DNA from: Desulfobacteraceae bacterium
Lineage (GTDB): Bacteria; Desulfobacterota; Desulfobacteria; Desulfobacterales; JAABSP01
Length of the DNA stretch: 64,000 bases
Assembly (NCBI GenBank): GCA_011389855.1
Contig: JAABTM010000001.1
Coordinates: 7,827-71,826 of the forward strand
Direction: 5' to 3'
Shown here: positions 35,764 to 44,616 of the stretch, in pieces
Numbering within the stretch: position 1 is the first letter of the stretch
Layout of the letters: each line of letters starts with the position of its first letter
Notes under the pieces: generated by a model
Database searches by the model: none
The model's input: the letters and a program-made list of their open reading frames with translations, nothing else
Told to the model about the DNA's origin: nothing
Translations under genes and position numbers: made by a program

Positions 35764-37043
35764 CGTTTGACCAGCGGCCTCAGCCAGAGCAGATCCGCTT
35801 TTTCACGGGCGAAAATAGCCCGCCATTTTTTCAAATAGGGTTTGTCCGGGGGGGAGAATTCATCGATGCGGTGGAAAAGCCGGTCCAGCCGGCCGATATC
35901 GATGCGCCGCCATTGGTCGTCGGCGATCCGGTCGAGGATCCGCTTCAGGACCGTCAACAGGGCCGTGCGATAAACCCGGACAGCCGTCGCCGCCCTGACG
36001 CTTTCCAGCTCCGCCAGATAGATGGGCTCCCGGCAGAGCCGCCGGACCACCCGGCCCGAGGGACCGTGATGATCTTCCACATCCGACAACAGAACCGCCG
36101 GCAGGGGCGACACGCCCCCGGGCCAGGCCCGGGGAGCGAGGTCGAAGAGGTAGTGCGCTTTCAGCACGGCGACGCCGTGATTCAGGAGATCCCGCCGCTC
36201 CTGGGGATCGATTCCCTCCAGGAGGTCGGCAACCACCCGCTCCATCACAAAAGACCGCTCGGCGGTCCGGCGGCGGATCTTGTCCAGGCCGTCCCGGATG
36301 GCGCGCCACAACTTCTCGTCGGAGGCGGCGAGCGGCTCGCCCGCTTCCAGCCGGTCATGGATGAGAATCAGGGGAATCCGAACGGCTTCGAAATCGGCGA
36401 CCGTCGGCAGCATTTCGATCAGCACCGATTCGGCGTCGGGGTTGGCCTCCAGGGTCATCACCGATTCGATGGTCTGGCGCATGAGATAGCGCCGGGCCCG
36501 GAGGGCGTATCCCGATTCCGCCTTCCGGATATGGGGATGTTCGGCGACGGCGGATCGGATGACGGCCAGCCGCTCCCGCAGGTCCCGGGTGATCCGGACT
36601 TCGATGTTGTGTTCCTGCCAGGAGCGGACAAAGGCGATTTCGGCTTCCAGCTCCTCTTCCAGGTCCCCCTGCCACCATTCCCGCCCCCCCAGTCCCGGCA
36701 AAGTCTCGGAAAAGGAGTGGAAGGTCATCAGCCGGTCCATCCGCCGCCGGTCCGGCGGTCCCTGGGTTTCGAGGGTCTCGGCGAGCTGGTCCCGGTAAGC
36801 GGCCCTGAGCGCGGCCAGTTCCCTTTCCATCAGATCCATATGGGCCAGGAACCCCTCCTGGATCTTCTCGAACCGGTCCATCTGAGCCGGGCTGATCTTC
36901 TCGATCTCGCCGGCGCGAAGCTTTTCGGCAAGGTTCCGGACGGTCTTGGCGTCCCGCTGATAGATGGCGTAGAGCGGAAGCGTAATCACGACGCCCAGCA
37001 GGAGCAGCACCGAAGGGATGATGATCAGGAGTTTTTTGGTCAT
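35640..37043 (-). CDS. hypothetical membrane-anchored protein (467 aa)
   Basis: It has one N-terminal TM helix (LLIIIPSVLLLLGVVITLPLYAI). The rest is Arg/Glu/Leu-rich and probably helical. GC and codon usage look like the host. No family recognised. Confidence 0.6.
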   Translation of the reverse strand: MTKKLLIIIPSVLLLLGVVITLPLYAIYQRDAKTVRNLAEKLRAGEIEKISPAQMDRFEKIQEGFLAHMDLMERELAALRAAYRDQLAETLETQGPPDRRRMDRLMTFHSFSETLPGLGGREWWQGDLEEELEAEIAFVRSWQEHNIEVRITRDLRERLAVIRSAVAEHPHIRKAESGYALRARRYLMRQTIESVMTLEANPDAESVLIEMLPTVADFEAVRIPLILIHDRLEAGEPLAASDEKLWRAIRDGLDKIRRRTAERSFVMERVVADLLEGIDPQERRDLLNHGVAVLKAHYLFDLAPRAWPGGVSPLPAVLLSDVEDHHGPSGRVVRRLCREPIYLAELESVRAATAVRVYRTALLTVLKRILDRIADDQWRRIDIGRLDRLFHRIDEFSPPDKPYLKKWRAIFAREKADLLWLRPLVKRWVYSDMPADRAVVLKRIKDHFARLCRKADRLGEGPCRDVH

Positions 37044-37053
37044 GGGAGCGGGT

Positions 37054-37275
37054 CTATTTCAGCTCTTCCGGGCTGTACGGCGCCAGCAAGGATATCTTGT
37101 TCTTATCCATTTCGCTCAGGTCGCTGGTTTCGATCACGCGCCATAGCATGTCCTGCTTCTCATTTTCGCTTTTGCCGGAAAATTTGCGCGAGACAACGAC
37201 GATATGGATGTTGTCCTGATATCGCAAAAGCCCCCAATTTGTCCGCTGGGCCGCCGGGTTATGTGGCATTTTCAA
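37054..37275 (-). CDS. small hypothetical protein (73 aa)
   Basis: ORF in a lower-GC stretch, 10 nt upstream of the 467-aa gene. It has a TTG or ATG (37269) start with AAGGA upstream. There is only a weak BolA/IbaG-like pattern (IHIVVVSRKFSGKS...YSPEE). Confidence 0.4.
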   Translation of the reverse strand: MKMPHNPAAQRTNWGLLRYQDNIHIVVVSRKFSGKSENEKQDMLWRVIETSDLSEMDKNKISLLAPYSPEELK

Positions 37276-37495
37276 TATACCGTTTTCCTTTGTAATAATT
37301 TCCTTATCTACTGTTTTTCAGAAATTTCAGCATTGATCCGGCATTGTCAAATTTTTCTGTACCTTTGAAACTTGTGCATAGGACAATAATTGTTGAACCC
37401 AGGATTATTCTTTCAGCAGTTGTTTATGCCGTCTTTTTGGGAATGACGGATTTTTCATTTCTTTTTTCTCATGTCTCGAATTAATCTGACTTTGT

Positions 37496-37795
37496 CTATA
37501 GCTTACTTTCAACATCCATTCGATCATGAAGTACGCGAATGATTTCAATATGGGTTGTAGTGCAAATGTAAAAAATAAGATGCCTGTCTGCGTGATATTT
37601 CCGGTATCCTTTTCGGATATAATCGCATGATTTGCCTATGAGAGGTTGACGTGCAATCGTGTGAAAGGCATCATCCAACCTTGCCAGATAAATATTGCGT
37701 TGTTCCAGCCCCCATTGCTCTTGTGTGTACCTGCCGATACCCCGCAAATCCTCAACGGCCATTTTGGTAAGTCGGAAAGACTGATCCGTGGTCAC
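37496..37795 (-). CDS. parE: ParE-family type II toxin
   Basis: LTKMAVEDLRGIGRYTQEQWG...YRKYHADRHLIFY...IEIIRVLHDRMD is a typical RelE/ParE-fold ParE. Its start overlaps the parD stop. Confidence 0.85.
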   Translation of the reverse strand: MTTDQSFRLTKMAVEDLRGIGRYTQEQWGLEQRNIYLARLDDAFHTIARQPLIGKSCDYIRKGYRKYHADRHLIFYICTTTHIEIIRVLHDRMDVESKL

Positions 37796-38037
37796 TTTAT
37801 CCCGCTTTCTTCGTCAAGCTCGGTAATCAGGCTACTTAATGAATAATCGCCAGGACCACTTTTCTCACCCTCTTCCAAGGCTCTCTGCAACGCGGCAAGT
37901 TTAAGTTGCCTTTCTTCCAGTAGCCTGAGGCCGGCTCGAATCGCTTCGCTCGCAGATGCAAATCGGCCACTTTGAACCTGCTGGGCGATAAAGGCATCAA
38001 AATGCCTTCCAAGGGTTATACTGGTGTTCTTTTGCAT
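37792..38037 (-). CDS. parD: ParD-family antitoxin
   Basis: MQKNTSITLGRHFDAFIAQQVQSGRFASASEAIRAGLRLLEERQ is the canonical ParD N-terminal RHH region. Confidence 0.85.
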   Translation of the reverse strand: MQKNTSITLGRHFDAFIAQQVQSGRFASASEAIRAGLRLLEERQLKLAALQRALEEGEKSGPGDYSLSSLITELDEESGIK

Positions 38038-38065
38038 GATAGTCTCCCCATCATCGATTTATACC

Positions 38066-38094
38066 AATATATAATATTTTTAGGTGTTGATCAA
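38066..38094 (-). promoter_or_regulatory. candidate sigma70-type promoter of parDE
   Basis: The minus strand has TTGATC, a 17-nt spacer, then TATATT. It lies 28 nt upstream of the parD ATG, with GGGGAGA as the RBS. Confidence 0.4.
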
Positions 38095-38218
38095 GGGGTA
38101 ACCCGCAGAATCAATCAGTTCCTGCGTTGACTTGCCTTTTTTATCTGAGGACTTTATCATATATTCAAAAACGTAACCATCCGAAACGCCCACCGTCGAA
38201 TTCCCATTGAATGGTCGC

Positions 38219-39016
38219 CTAAAACAACCCCCTAAGAAACGCCAGAATCATAAAAACGGCCAGTGCGTAAAAGAACATATCGACCATAGAGGTCGGCTTT
38301 TTTTCCCCGGATCGCGCAGCGGTTCCGGCCATGGACCGCTCCCCCCGCCCATCGTTCTCCGGCGGCGACGCGGTCGTCCCCGCGGTCGTCCCATTGACGG
38401 GTTCGGGCGGGTCCGGGGCCAGCGGGGCGTTGTCCCCTCCGTTGGGGGCGTCGGCGCGGCCGTTTGATGCATCGGCATCTCTTCCATCCAGGGATCGCGC
38501 CGTGGCGGCGCGGTCGGCGCCGATGGCGGTGACCGAGAGTTCCCGGAGCCGCCACTTCGAGGTTACCTTCGCGGGGCCCTGGAAGGCGCGGCCCTCGATC
38601 TCTTGGGTCTCCCCCGCCTCCAGGTAGACGGCCTCGATGGGGTGATATCCTACGGAGAAATCGGTCAGGTGGCCGTCCCGGACGTTGAGGGCCGCGTTTC
38701 GGCCGGCGTCGGTCTCCGAGAAGACCACCTCGGCTTCCAGGGTATTGCCGTTTTTATGGAAATTGCGGGCGCTGCCCAGGACGCCGTTGATGCTGGTGCG
38801 GTTGTGGGAGTCGAGGAGCGGGATGCGGCCGCTGTCGGAAAGGGTCGCCCCGTCGATGAGGAGGATTTCGTTGATGAACCCCTTCCGCTCCCAGTCCCAG
38901 ATCCGGACCGGGTTTTCGGTCACGGCCACCACCCGGACGGACTGGGCGTCGTCGTCGAAGGTTCTTGGCTTCCAGCCGGAAACGGCCGCGTTTCTCGTGA
39001 ACATGTCCTCGGTCAT
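38219..39016 (-). CDS. HK97-family prohead serine protease (S78) homologue with C-terminal membrane anchor
   Basis: IPLLDSHN (His motif), DFSVGY (Ser motif) and RELSVTAIGADRAA match the Peptidase_S78 pattern. A low-complexity Asp/Ala/Pro/Gly linker follows, then a hydrophobic tail MVDMFFYALAVFMILAFLRGLF. AGGAGA serves as the RBS, 48 nt downstream of rng. Confidence 0.6.
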   Translation of the reverse strand: MTEDMFTRNAAVSGWKPRTFDDDAQSVRVVAVTENPVRIWDWERKGFINEILLIDGATLSDSGRIPLLDSHNRTSINGVLGSARNFHKNGNTLEAEVVFSETDAGRNAALNVRDGHLTDFSVGYHPIEAVYLEAGETQEIEGRAFQGPAKVTSKWRLRELSVTAIGADRAATARSLDGRDADASNGRADAPNGGDNAPLAPDPPEPVNGTTAGTTASPPENDGRGERSMAGTAARSGEKKPTSMVDMFFYALAVFMILAFLRGLF

Positions 39017-39064
39017 AACAGTCTCCTGGCGCGGGGGTGGACGAGGGCGACGGTCTAAGCCCGG

Positions 39065-40606
39065 CTATTCCCGGAGGATTTCGAAGACGTCGAACTCCTC
39101 CATGTGGAAGTCGGCGCTGGGATAGATCACGATCTGCTTGCCGATGCGTCCCTCCAGGGCGCCGATGATCCCGTTTTCTTCGCCGTGGAGCAGGTCGGCG
39201 ATCTCCGGGTTGACCCGCAAGGTCAGCTTCACCCCCCGAATGTCCCTGGATTCCCGCAGGATCTCCCGGTAGATGTTGTAGCAGATGGTCTGGCGGGAGA
39301 TGAGGTAGCCCTCGCCTTCGCAGTAGAAACAGGGTTCGCACAGCGTCCGGGTCAGGGACCGGCGGACCCGCTTCCGGGTCATCTGCATAAGCCCCAGTTC
39401 GGACATGGGCAGGATGTGGGTCTTGGACCGGTCCTTTTTCACCGCCTCCTTGAGGGCGTTGTAGACCTTTTCCTGGTTCGACTTCTTCTCCATGTCGATG
39501 AAGTCGATGATGATGATCCCCCCGATGTCCCGGAGCCGGATCTGGTAGGCGATCTCCTTGACCGCCTCCAGGTTGGTCTTGAGGATGGTCTCCTCCAGGT
39601 TGTGCTTGCCCACGTAGCGGCCGGTGTTGACGTCCACGGCCACCAGGGCCTCGGTTTGCTCGATGATGATGTACCCCCCCGACTTGAGCCAGACCTTCCG
39701 TTTCAGGGCCCGGGAGATGTCCCCCTCCAGGTTGTAGGCGTCGAAGATGGGTTCGGACTCTTCGTAAAGGGCCACGGAATCCTTGAGGCTGGGCATGAAG
39801 GTGTCCAGAAACGACCGGATGGCGTCGTACCCTTTCCGGGAGTCGATCACCACCCGCTCCGCATCGTTGAGCAGCAAATCCCGGACCGCCCGGAGGCTGA
39901 CGGTCAGCTCCCGGTGGAGCCGGGAGGGGGTGGACGCGGTCTTGAATTTTTCCTGGATCGCCTCCCAGAGATTCCGCAGGAAGGCCATTTCGTAGAGGAT
40001 CTTCGACTCCTCGACGCCCTCGGCGGCGGTGCGGAGGATGTAACCCATGTCGTCCCGCCGAAGCCGGGCCACCAGATCCCGGAGCCGGGTCCGCTCGGCG
40101 TCGTCCTCGATGCGTCGGGAGACCCCCACGTGATCGGACGTGGGCATCAGCACCAGGAACCGGCCCGGCAGGGAGATATAGGTGGTCACCCGGGAGCCCT
40201 TGGTGCCCATGGGGCCCTTGGAGACCTGAACCAGCACCTCCTGGCCTTCGGCCAGCAGATCCTCGATATGATGGTTTTTGGGCGTCCGCGGCGGAGGGGG
40301 ATCTTCCGCCTCTTCCGGAAGCGCTTCCTCCGCCTCCTCGTCGTCGTCTTCGAAAAGCCGCTCGAACCGGGAATAATCGATGGGCAGGATGTCGTTGACG
40401 TAGATGAAGGCCGCCTGGCTCAGGCCGATGTCCACAAAGGCGGCCTGCATGCCGGGCAGCACCCGCTGGACCCGCCCCTTGTAGATGTTGCCGGCGATGT
40501 CCGCGTCGTCCCGGCGTTTGATATAGAGTTCGGCGATGGTCCCGTCTTCCAGGAGGGCCACCCGGGTTTCGTGATCCGCCGCGTTAATGACCAGCTGTTT
40601 GTACAT
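39065..40606 (-). CDS. rng: ribonuclease G (Rne/Rng family)
   Basis: S1 domain (GNIYKGRVQRVLPGMQAAFVDIG) followed by the RNase E/G catalytic core; 513 aa. Confidence 0.9.
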   Translation of the reverse strand: MYKQLVINAADHETRVALLEDGTIAELYIKRRDDADIAGNIYKGRVQRVLPGMQAAFVDIGLSQAAFIYVNDILPIDYSRFERLFEDDDEEAEEALPEEAEDPPPPRTPKNHHIEDLLAEGQEVLVQVSKGPMGTKGSRVTTYISLPGRFLVLMPTSDHVGVSRRIEDDAERTRLRDLVARLRRDDMGYILRTAAEGVEESKILYEMAFLRNLWEAIQEKFKTASTPSRLHRELTVSLRAVRDLLLNDAERVVIDSRKGYDAIRSFLDTFMPSLKDSVALYEESEPIFDAYNLEGDISRALKRKVWLKSGGYIIIEQTEALVAVDVNTGRYVGKHNLEETILKTNLEAVKEIAYQIRLRDIGGIIIIDFIDMEKKSNQEKVYNALKEAVKKDRSKTHILPMSELGLMQMTRKRVRRSLTRTLCEPCFYCEGEGYLISRQTICYNIYREILRESRDIRGVKLTLRVNPEIADLLHGEENGIIGALEGRIGKQIVIYPSADFHMEEFDVFEILRE

Positions 40607-43118
40607 GACGCTCCGCTATCGCTGCTGTCGCTGTTTTGACGATCCTGGACTGTTTGATCTCCTCCTCGGGGAGAGCGAAGATCTCCCGGAGAACCTCCGC
40701 CGGCCGAACGGTCTTGCCGGGTGCGTTCCGAAGGGACAGCATCAGCCGTCCCGAATCGTTCAGATCAATCTCCTGGATCATATCCTTTAAATCGATCTTT
40801 TTCAACTTTCCTTTGCGGTTCGTCCGGGAAACGACCCATTCCGTCCGGTCCAGAAACCCCTGAATCGGACCCCGGTCGAAGGGCCGGTCCCGGGGGGGCG
40901 TCGCCTCGTACCTGTCGATGCGGTCCCCGCCGGACCGGTCCTTTCCGGCGGCCAAGGGCCGGCACGACAGGACCCGGAGCCCCTCCGGCAGGTGGGCATC
41001 GAGCCGCTCCACGAGATCTTCGGGCCGGACAGACGCCGACGCCGACAGGTCGAAGCGCTCGCACCGGCTCTCCATGCCGACGGGGAGCGGATCGGAAAAA
41101 GCGATCTTGGGCATGGGGTGAAACCCCTGGGAGTACTGGACCGGCACGGCGGCCCGCCGCAGGGCCCGGACAAAAATGTTGACCATCTCCAGGTGGCCGA
41201 AATACCGGGCGTCCCCCTCCTTGGCGAAAGCGACCCGGACCTTCCGGAACCCGTTCTTTCCGGACCGGTGTCGCGCCGATCCAGCGGCCGGCGGCATCGC
41301 CCGGAGATCCGCCGCCTCCGGCGGCCATATCCGGGGCATGACCGTTTCGAAATCGCAGACGCCGCAGGCGTTGCAATCGCCGTCCCGGCAGTCGCCGGTG
41401 GGCGCGGCCGCCAGGGCCCCTTCCCATTCCGCCTTCAGAAAGTCCTTGTCCACGATATCGATGTTGTCCCAGGGCAGCGGTTCCGACAGATCCCGGCAAC
41501 GGGTCGTGTAGGCGTCCATATCGATCCCCTCCCGGCCCAGGGCTTCTTCCCATTTGTCGAAATCCAGGTGGTCGCTCCACCCGTCCAGCCGGCACCCCAG
41601 CTCGTAGGCCGCGACCAGCAGGGGGGCCAGCCGCTCGTCGCCCCGGGCCCACAGCCCCTCCAGCAGGCTGGCTTTGGGGTTCTGCCATTTCAGCCGCACC
41701 CCGCCGCCCCGTATCCGCTCCTGGAGCCAGTCGATCCGCTCACGGGATTCGTCCAGGGAGAGCTGGGGGGCCCATTGAAACGGGGTGTGGGGTTTGGGGA
41801 TGAACGTGCCCACGCTCACGTTGATCTTGGGCCGCCGCCCCCCCGGCCCCTTGAACCGCCGGAGCCGGTCCACCAGCGCGACCATCTCCTCCAGATCGGC
41901 CTGGGTCTCGGTGGGAAGGCCGATCATGAAATAGAGCTTGATCACCTGCCACCCCAGGCGGAAGGCGTTTTCCACGGTCTCCACGATGTCGGCTTCCGCG
42001 ATGTTCTTGTTGATGACATCCCGGAGGCGCTGGCTCCCGGCTTCGGGCGCGATGGTGAACCCGGTCTTGCGCACCCGCCGGATCAGTTCCATCAGCTCGG
42101 GGGTAAGGGCGCCCGCCCGGAGGGACGGCAGGGAGACGGCCACCCGGTCGGCGGCGCACCGGTCCATGAGCCGGGCCAGCAGGGGGGCGATGGCGGCGTA
42201 ATCCCCCGTGGACAGCGACATGAGGGAGAGATCTTCGTACCCGGTGGCCGTCAGCCCCCGGTGGGCCAGATCCATCAATCCCTCCGGGGACCGCTCCCGG
42301 GCCGGCCGGTAGATCATGCCCGCCTGGCAGAACCGGCAGCCCCGGGTGCAGCCCCGGGCGATTTCCAGCCGCAGCCGGTCGTGGACCGGCTTGCCGTAGG
42401 GGACCACGGGCCGGGAGGGAAACGGGGCCGCGTCAAGATCGTTGACAATGGCCCGTCGAACCGGTATACAGTCGGAATATTTGGGTAAACGGGATTCAAG
42501 GCCCGGCACGTAGACCCCCTGGAGGCCGGCCCAGGCCTCCAAAAGCCGGTCCCGGTCCCCCGTCGCGCGCTCTTTCCATTCGAGCCAGGCATCCGTCATC
42601 CTTACGACGACCTCCTCCCCTTCACCGATCACCATGGCGTCAAAAAACGGGGCGAGCGGGGCCGGGTTGCAGGTGCAGGGGCCGCCGGCCGCGACGAGGG
42701 GATGATCCGGGCCCCGGTCCCGGGCGTAAAAGGGGAGGCCGGCCAGATCGAGGATCGTCAGCACGTTGGTGTAGTTGAGTTCGTAGAGGAGGCTGAACCC
42801 CAGGATATCGAACTCGCCCAGGGGGGTTCGGGTCTCCAGGGAAGTCAGGGGGAGCCCGGCGGATCGCAGCCGCGCCTCCATATCCGGACCGGGCGCGAAA
42901 ACCCGTTCGGCCGCCGTGTCGGGCCGGCCGTTGAGGATATGGTAGAGGATCTGGAGCCCGAAATGGGACGTGCCGATCTCGTAGAGGTCGGGAAAGGCCA
43001 GGGCGAACCGGAGCCGCACCCGGTCAGGATCTTTCCGGACCCGGTTGACCTCCGATCCGAGGTACCGGCTGGGCTGATAAACGGTCGGTAAGATGTCTTG
43101 AATGCTTTTGATCTTCAT
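40584..43118 (-). CDS. B12-binding-like radical SAM protein fused to DUF2344 (TIGR03960 + TIGR03936 type)
   Basis: GCTRGCRFCQAG cluster motif. The 844-aa two-module architecture and the position directly upstream of rng are typical for this family. Confidence 0.85.
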   Translation of the reverse strand: MKIKSIQDILPTVYQPSRYLGSEVNRVRKDPDRVRLRFALAFPDLYEIGTSHFGLQILYHILNGRPDTAAERVFAPGPDMEARLRSAGLPLTSLETRTPLGEFDILGFSLLYELNYTNVLTILDLAGLPFYARDRGPDHPLVAAGGPCTCNPAPLAPFFDAMVIGEGEEVVVRMTDAWLEWKERATGDRDRLLEAWAGLQGVYVPGLESRLPKYSDCIPVRRAIVNDLDAAPFPSRPVVPYGKPVHDRLRLEIARGCTRGCRFCQAGMIYRPARERSPEGLMDLAHRGLTATGYEDLSLMSLSTGDYAAIAPLLARLMDRCAADRVAVSLPSLRAGALTPELMELIRRVRKTGFTIAPEAGSQRLRDVINKNIAEADIVETVENAFRLGWQVIKLYFMIGLPTETQADLEEMVALVDRLRRFKGPGGRRPKINVSVGTFIPKPHTPFQWAPQLSLDESRERIDWLQERIRGGGVRLKWQNPKASLLEGLWARGDERLAPLLVAAYELGCRLDGWSDHLDFDKWEEALGREGIDMDAYTTRCRDLSEPLPWDNIDIVDKDFLKAEWEGALAAAPTGDCRDGDCNACGVCDFETVMPRIWPPEAADLRAMPPAAGSARHRSGKNGFRKVRVAFAKEGDARYFGHLEMVNIFVRALRRAAVPVQYSQGFHPMPKIAFSDPLPVGMESRCERFDLSASASVRPEDLVERLDAHLPEGLRVLSCRPLAAGKDRSGGDRIDRYEATPPRDRPFDRGPIQGFLDRTEWVVSRTNRKGKLKKIDLKDMIQEIDLNDSGRLMLSLRNAPGKTVRPAEVLREIFALPEEEIKQSRIVKTATAAIAERHVQTAGH

Positions 43119-43213
43119 GATATATATAAGGGTGGCCCTGTCGTATTGTTGTTGCCTTCAGATTCGCTGCAAGGAGCGACGATAAACGATTACTATAGGC
43201 CAAATCGGAGTCA

Positions 43214-44596
43214 ATGCCAATAACGAAAAGAAAAAAAGCGGCCCGGCGCTTCCTCCCTGCGGCCCTCATGGCGGCCCTGTGGCTCCTGGCCCTCGCGACG
43301 CTTTTCCCGGCCCCCGCCGCCGGTTTCGACCGGGAGACCCCGGTGGTCCGAGCGGTGCGCGCCTACGGGCCGGCGGTGGTCAACGTCGGGTCACGGCAAG
43401 AGGTTCGTCGGAGCCCCTTTCACGGCTTTCGGATGGATCCCTTTTTCGACCGGTTTTTCCGGGACTTTTTCGAACCCGACCCGCGGGAACGGTACGAGCG
43501 GGCCAATCTAGGTTCCGGCGTGATCATCGACGGCGACGGAGGGCTGATCCTCACCAACGCCCATGTGGCGGCCGGGGCCGGCGCCATCATCGTGACCCTC
43601 CAGGACGAACGGGAATTCGACGCCCGAATCGCCGGCATGGACGCGGCCTCGGACCTGGCCCTGCTCCAGATCGATACCGAACAGCCCCTGCCGGAGATGA
43701 AAATGGGCGATTCCAACGACCTGATGATCGGGGAGACGGTCATCGCCATCGGCAACCCCTTCGGCTTCTCCCACACCGTCACCACCGGCGTCGTCAGCGC
43801 CGTCAACCGGTCCATCCGGACCGAGGACCGGGTCTATCACAATTTCATCCAGACCGACGCTTCCATCAACCCGGGCAACAGCGGCGGCCCCCTGCTCGAC
43901 ATCAACGGCGAACTCATCGGCATCAACACCGCCATCTACGCCAAGGCCCAGGGGATCGGATTCGCCATCCCCATCAACTCGGCCAAGCGGATCATCGCCG
44001 ATCTCATCGAGTACGGGGAAGTCATCCCCGGCTGGCTGGGCCTCATCGTCCAGGAGCTGGACTTCCGGGTGGCCCGGTACATGAACCTGCCCCGGGGCAT
44101 CGGCGGCGTGGTGGTCAAAACGGTCGAAACCGGCGGACCCGCCGAAAAGGCGGGCATCCGGAGCGGGGACATTCTCCTGACCGTCAAGGGACGACCGGTG
44201 GCGTCGGTTCCAGATTATCGCGTAATCCTGCGGTCCATCCCCTCGGGGGAAACGGTCGGGCTGACCGTCTGGCGCGACGGTGAAAAGAAGACCCTCCAGG
44301 CCCGGACGGCGGTCTTTCCGGCGGACCGCATCGACGAACTGGCCTTCCAGCTCTTCGGCATCCGGGCGAAGGACCATCCGAAGATCCGGGGCATCGTGAT
44401 CTCCCAGGTGAAGCCGGGGTCCCATCTGGCCGAGATCGGGGTCCGGCCGGGTGACGTGATCCGGGCCATCGACGACGCCCCCGTCGAAGGTATGGCGGAT
44501 TTCAAAAAGACGGTGGTCAAATACCGGAACCGCTCATCGGCGGTGGTACTCCTGCAGCGCAAGGACCGGGCGTACTACATCACGGTGAATCTATAG
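43214..44596 (+). CDS. degQ: DegQ/HtrA-family periplasmic serine protease (two PDZ domains)
   Basis: Signal peptide, then TNAHV (His), DLALL (Asp) and GNSGGPL (Ser). Two PDZ-like regions follow. Confidence 0.9.
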   Translation: MPITKRKKAARRFLPAALMAALWLLALATLFPAPAAGFDRETPVVRAVRAYGPAVVNVGSRQEVRRSPFHGFRMDPFFDRFFRDFFEPDPRERYERANLGSGVIIDGDGGLILTNAHVAAGAGAIIVTLQDEREFDARIAGMDAASDLALLQIDTEQPLPEMKMGDSNDLMIGETVIAIGNPFGFSHTVTTGVVSAVNRSIRTEDRVYHNFIQTDASINPGNSGGPLLDINGELIGINTAIYAKAQGIGFAIPINSAKRIIADLIEYGEVIPGWLGLIVQELDFRVARYMNLPRGIGGVVVKTVETGGPAEKAGIRSGDILLTVKGRPVASVPDYRVILRSIPSGETVGLTVWRDGEKKTLQARTAVFPADRIDELAFQLFGIRAKDHPKIRGIVISQVKPGSHLAEIGVRPGDVIRAIDDAPVEGMADFKKTVVKYRNRSSAVVLLQRKDRAYYITVNL

Positions 44597-44616
44597 TGGA
44601 AACAACAGGTCTTGCC

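Noticed and set aside
37054-37275. BolA/IbaG-like assignment for the 73-aa ORF.
   Set aside because: Only a loose pattern matches (IHIVVVSRKFSGKS..YSPEE). The conserved BolA C-terminal His is absent and the context is a low-GC islet. I kept it as hypothetical.
43119-43213. A sigma54-type -24/-12 promoter upstream of degQ (TGGCCCTGTCGTATTGT), and a similar candidate near 63070-63095.
   Set aside because: The spacing between the GG and GC elements does not fit the consensus in either case.
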